Part shown: positions 58,490 to 64,000 of the stretch, in pieces
Layout of the letters: the number at the start of each line of letters is the position of its first letter
How positions within the stretch are numbered: position 1 is the first letter of the stretch
Source of the DNA: Eledone cirrhosa
Taxonomy: Eukaryota
Reading direction: 5' to 3'
Assembly (NCBI GenBank): GCA_964016885.1
Contig: OZ024740.1
Span: 95,356,001-95,420,000, forward strand
DNA length: 64,000 bases
Position numbers and translations under genes: made by a program
The notes under the pieces: model-generated
Database searches by the model: none
Seen by the model: only the letters and a program-made list of their open reading frames with translations
What the model was told of the DNA's origin: nothing

Positions 58490-61296
58490 TGCAAATGTGC
58501 ATCTTCTCTGTTGTCCGCAGGTCTTGATAATTTCAGACTTCAGGTTGACCGTGTCATCTTTCAGTCTGACTATCTCCATGGTCTCGTGTAGGTATAATCA
58601 GTTCTTTCTACTTGCAGCCGAGTATGCCCTCGCATGCCGAAAGATAAACCATTCCAGGGCGTACGGAGTGCCTTGGTCTTTCAGGTCCCACACCAGGTCC
58701 GCTAACCTAGTGGAGTGCTTTTTGCTACGGTCCCTGAAGGAATTCGTGTGATTATACATCCGCGATTTAAAATGTCGTGCATGTTGCGCCGATGTACGTG
58801 CGATGCGCATTTTGGGTTCTAACCACACACTTGTATATCAGGTCCTTCGTCAGGCCTTTTCCCTGTAGGGGGCACTGTGTGCTCGCTCTGCAGTTACAAG
58901 TTCTGTTGTCAGTTCTTTCGCATATGATGTTTAGGCCTCGATCTGTTATGGCCATCTCAGGATTCTCAGGTTGTTGTGTCTCCGGCACGGTGGTCTCCCT
59001 ATGCCACTCGTTGCCTCCCGGCTTTGGATCATATCACCTCCACTGGCGTTTCAGCCGCCTCGTGTGCCGGGTTGTCATTTGAGGGCCGGTCTGGTTTGTC
59101 CTCCGCGCTCAATTAGACGGTTATTCTGTCGCTGCGGTTGACGGCCAATGCACGCCATCTTCACTGCGTTAGTTTAGCCATGTAGTCGGCCATGTTAGGT
59201 GGTGTGGAGAAGGAAAACTTCACCGTGTGGCGGTTGAAGATTTTGTGGTACTTGTTCGTCGGCGGTAAGCACTCATCCAACGCTCGGAAAAAAATGTCCT
59301 GGCACGTTGGTGCGTACATGTTTGGAGTAAGGCGCATTAAACCAAGTAACGGCCTTAGATATATTCCTTCGCGTGCGTGGAGTTGTGCTGGTGTGTCCTG
59401 GACCAGATGTCCGTACCATGCTCTGCCCAACCACAATTACATCTCATGTGCTGTCTCTATCTATGTGCCTGCTGTGGGCATCGGGGTTATGCCCTTCAGT
59501 TATTAAAGTATGTCGTTCTATGTTGTCGGGTATACATCTAGTGCCCTTAGGTCTATGTGATGCGGTTGTTGGTGCTGTACCACTACAACCAGGCCGGGTC
59601 TGCTCTCTGTCGGGTGCCACGGACGTACGTGCCGTTGTCCCCTCCATAGTACCAGTTGCCACAAAGCTTTCATTGTGCGTGCCAGGCCCATGTATCTGCG
59701 TACTGGTTGGTCTAGCTCCTATGGGTGCCTTTGTCCTTCCTACGGTCGGTCCTGTGTCATTATTGTTAGCTGTGTTGCTATTTATGTTCCTAGAGACTGC
59801 AGCCGGGTCATTTCTTCTACCTCCGGAAGCGCCCCCTCCATTGCCGTTTCTGCACGCCTCATCCCTTGGCTCTTCCCTGTCCGGGTATACAGTATGGTGT
59901 ATGTGTAACTGGCTCTGCGCAGTGCCTTATTATAATATTCGGCGTGCTGTTTAAATACGTCTGCGTTCGCCGACAGGGTGGATACGCGTTTGGATACCCC
60001 TTTAACTATAACTCCTATGACTGACTTAGGGTGATTCGATTGCCTCTTCACATATTGCAGGTTCTCGTTGGACTTGTGATACTGTCGGTGGATGCCCTTA
60101 TTCATTTCCAAAGTAACGTCCAGGAAATTGACCGTCTTAGCGCTAGGATCTATTGTCACGGATAAGCCGTGTTGTTTGAAAAAAATGCGATATGCGCTTC
60201 CTCATACGCTCCATGTGGCTGGGGTTTAGAGAACGGAAGGTGAAAAGTGCGTCGTCTCTGTATATCCCCCCGCCGATCCCCGGGATCTCCTCCATTAACC
60301 CATGAATGAGATATATCGCCACAAGGTCGCTCACATGCGCCGAGTCGCTTAACGCTATGGTGATATCGAAACTGTCGGGTCTGTCCCTCCTCTCCCATAA
60401 CTTGTCTTCGAATCTAATTAGCGTCTTTCTGGCTGCTACTATGAGGTTGGTCCCCTCCCTAGTGAGGCTAGATCTGGCCATGGTGCTTATGAAGGCCTTA
60501 TTGACTAGTATCGGAGATACCGACGCGTAATAGCTATCTATGTCTAACTGAATAAAATATACTTGTTGCTTGTTACCTACTAACGAGAACGAGTCAATTA
60601 CCTCCTTAGTGGATGTCCATAGGTTAAGCCTAGTTTTGTTTCTAAGTACCGGTAGTATCCTGTTATGATATTCTTGCTGGTCCTGCCTAAGTTAGATTTT
60701 GAGGGTGCTATTAACCTAACCGGTAGTTTAGTTCTAAAGTCTAATTTACGGTCCTTAATAGATTTCCGTGGTTTTCTAGGTACATATACCTCGATCCTAT
60801 CATCTAATCCCAGCCGCGTCAGTATATCTTTTGTCGTGGCGTTAATATTATATAAATGTGTCTGTCCTGTGGTCCTATAGTTTCTCCTACTCTCCTTCCC
60901 GAGGCAGTCGTTGTATTTAAAACGGTCAATCATGTATACATTACCAGTTTTGTCCGTAGGCACAAGTAAATCCCGGCATTCTTCCATGCTTTTGATAGTG
61001 GAGTGAGGCTCTTGAGGTTCGCGGTGCACTATTCCTATGGAACTTGATTTTACGAACTATGTTGATTATACGATTTTCAAATTATTCCAGATCTGCGTTA
61101 TGCGGCGGGTTTTGTCTCGATCTAAATATCCGCTTTAAGCGGTCCTGGGGTGTCGGATGCGTGTTGTTGTGTCCTCCTGTCGTGGAGAAAAGCGTCTGAC
61201 TAACGAGTTGGTGTGGTATATGAGAAGGCCCATGTACGTGCTGTCAGACGGTATCGGTATGTCTTTCAAGGAGTAAGAGTAATTGAATGTTTCCAT
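58490..61296 (-). pseudogene. PLE RT-GIY-YIG ORF, many frameshifts
   Basis: METFNYSYSLKDIPIPS start, DKTGNVY, RLIAPSKSNLGR, GGIYRDD, VNFLDV, KIFNRHTVKFSFS, TCNCRASTQCPLQGK and LIYKC..TYIGAT. Confidence 0.9.
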
Positions 61297-61336
61297 GGCG
61301 TATCGCTATATGCGCTCTAATTGTGGAGGATATGCA

Positions 61337-62962
61337 TGTGAATGATAGTAGCTATGGTGTTTCCATAGGCGGTATGCCAACATTAGCACTCAATATTCTT
61401 ACAGGGCAGAATATGAATAGTATGAAAAAAACGAAAAATCAGTGATGCATCTGGACTCAGTTTATTGCGTGTTACACTTGTTTCGACGGCAGGTAGCTCG
61501 AGACATGATCACTCTATGGATCTGGCTGATACTACGGCTGCAGGTACCTTCAGACACATGGAATTCTTTCGGAGCTAATTTTCTCACTGGGGTGTTAACA
61601 AAAAAACACCTTCAAAAAACATCCTCCACTCTGTCATGCCATTGGCTGTTGTTTTATTACGTCATAGTACATTCTGGTCACTATTTACTGCTACACTGGT
61701 CATCAGCCATTTTCCGTCCGATACACTACAATCGAGCCATGCTGGGTTTGGTATCTCACACATCTGTTGACACTCTCGAGTATGTACACACACAAACACA
61801 CGCGCGCGCGCGCGCAGACACACACACATGCATGTATACACATATGTACGCATACATGTGTAGACACATATACGCCCGTGCACATATATATACACACACA
61901 CTCTCCTCTCTTACACATACCTAAGCACACCCACACCCACATACAGACCACCACATACCTGTTGGCGCCTGCCTAAACAGCCCCATACATCCGGTCGCAC
62001 ACGCACACATAAGCTCACACACGCGCAAACACACACGTACACGCATACAAAGACACACATCGGCGTTCGGGCACATATGCACATATATACACAAACACTC
62101 ACAGACACATACATAGATACACACACGCACATACACGCATATCCTTATGGATAGGAATCAAGGACAGACACACTTCCAAAGACATAAACACACATACACA
62201 CACCTGTACATATATCTACACACAAGTACATATACCCGCGTATAAACACATAGACAAACCCTGTCTTTTGTGGGTGTACGTACGCATCCACACACACACA
62301 CACCCACTGACAGATACACACACCATATATATATGTGTGCGTGGTTTGCATGTGGGTGTGGGTTGCTTGGGTATATGTAAGAGAGGTAGATTGCATGTGT
62401 GTATATATGTGCATGGGGATATATGTGTCTACACCTGTAAAGGCGTACATATGTATAAGCATACTTGTGTGTGTGCCTGCGCCCGTGTATGTGTGTGTGT
62501 GCATATGTGGGTACATACTAGAGAGTGTGAACAGACGTGTGAGATACCAAACCCAGCATGGCTCCATTGCAGTGTGTCTGACGGAAAATCGCTGATGACC
62601 AGTGTAGCAGTAAATAGTGACAAGAATTTATGATCACGTAGAAAAACAACAGCCAATGGCATGACACAAGTGGAAGATGTTTTTGAAGGTGTTTTTTTGT
62701 GATAATACCCCAGTGAGTAAATTTGGCCCGATAGAATTGCATGTGTCCGAAGGAACCTGCAGCCGTAGAATCAGCCAGATCCATACAGTGATCATGTCTC
62801 GAGCTGCCTGCCGGCGAAACAATTGTTACACGCAATAAACTGAGTCCAAATCTATCACTTATTTTTCGTTTCTTATACTATTCACACTCTGCCCTGTAAG
62901 AATAGTGAGTGCTAATTTTGGCATACCGCCTATGGTAGCACCATAGCTACCATTATACACAC
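61337..62962. mobile_element. Non-coding palindromic insertion (PLE pseudo-LTR-like)
   Basis: ~61337-61958 is the reverse complement of ~62337-62962. HHR-like GAAAC-n4-GTA and AATAAA near the outer ends. (TA)n on the right. Confidence 0.78.
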
Positions 62963-62981
62963 GTATATATATATATATATT

Positions 62982-64000
62982 GTAGGAGGTGAGTGTTATT
63001 GTAGCACAATAAAGCAAGGCAAATATCGAATAAGTAGCACTCAACAGTTTATAAAACTGGAGTATAAATAATATAAGATCAAAAGATGTTTAAACAATTT
63101 CCATGTATTTTATTATGCGCATTTCAAAAACAAATATCATCATGGGATGATATTTGCGTTCTGATCGGATAAAATAGGAAGATAAGATATGAAGCTTAAA
63201 AAACATTTACGAGCAGTGAAGTGTTAAATCAACATATGAACAGTAAAATAAGATGGATATATGAGATTGGGAAAAAAAGGAGACAGGAGGAAGGAAAATG
63301 TAAGGAAGAGGAAGAAAGAAAATAATAATAAAAAATATATATATAATATTAAGGAAAGGATGACGGAGGAGGAGTATAAGAAGGAAGGATGAGGGAGGAG
63401 GAGAAATGAGTGAGATAGAGAGAGAGATAACCTTTAATACTGAGAAACACTGTCTCACAGAGAGAAATTTAAAAAACCGTGGTAAGATAATACATAATAA
63501 AAAAAAATTGAAATTAAAATTTAATGAGGTTTATGAATGGTGATGTTTATGATTAAAGAAAAAGGAATTAAGAATAGTATTTATTTAAGGTTTATATATT
63601 GAAGGGTTTAATAATATGTGCGAAAATATGTATTATTAAAATAAAAAAAATATTAAAGAGATAATGTGAATGAAGAAAAGGTTAAATGTCTTATGAACTT
63701 AGAGGAATTGGTTAGGGTCTAAGTATGTTTCTATGTATTGTAATAGGAAAAAGTAAATAATAGGTTTAATACGAGCACGGAACGAGAGAAGAAAGAAGAA
63801 CATTTAATAAAGAAAAATATATAACGTCAAAAAAAATATATGTTTACAAAATGTATTAATTGTAATATTAGTATATATTAAAAATATAGTTCGTATGGCC
63901 AAGAATATAAGGAAAATGCTATATTGAGTTATAATATGAATTAAGAAATAATTGAGAAATAAAAGTTATAGATTAAAGATTAGAAATTAAAAAAGAAAAA
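62982..64000 (-). mobile_element. 3' UTR arm of a PLE related to the 38-kb element (runs off the window)
   Basis: Homologous to 37994-39200, starting GTAGGAGGTGAG. Degenerate HHR at 63106-63176 (core CCGATCA). Confidence 0.85.

Larger units (their letters stand above)
57665..61300 (-). mobile_element. Near full-length decayed Hydra-type PLE
   Basis: ORF remnants run from the N-terminus to the EN. A degenerate HHR lies near the (TA)n at 57.6 kb. Whether 57.67-58.3 kb belongs to this element is less certain. Confidence 0.8.

Overview
AT-rich, microsatellite-laden eukaryotic DNA. The SINE families suggest a cephalopod, probably an octopus (inference). No host gene can be supported. Most of the window is retroelement sequence accumulated in (TA)n tracts. 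Penelope-like elements (PLEs; RT plus C-terminal GIY-YIG) of two types are present: Hydra-type at 14.8-20.1, 24.5-28.1, 38.0-43.6, 57.7-61.3 and 63-64 kb, and Neptune-type at 30.7-35.1 kb. Four of these are kilobase-scale quasi-palindromes, i.e. a 5'-truncated copy plus an inverted copy of its own 3' part. Several non-coding elements have the same architecture and carry type I hammerhead ribozymes (HHRs): a 4x ~460-bp retrozyme-like array (28.6-30.6 kb) and a relative (37.1-37.9 kb), palindromic elements at 21.5-24.1 and 61.3-63.0 kb, and a 2.1-kb element at 1.0-3.1 kb. The 2.1-kb element carries two diverged copies of an unidentified ~220-nt RNA fold with compensatory base changes. Also present are two RTE LINEs, decayed R4/Dong-like and CRE-like LINE fragments, a probable non-autonomous Helitron, tRNA-derived SINEs, a lone intact HHR and a GC-rich minisatellite duplication. 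All pairings and alignments were done by eye, and boundaries are approximate to a few bases.
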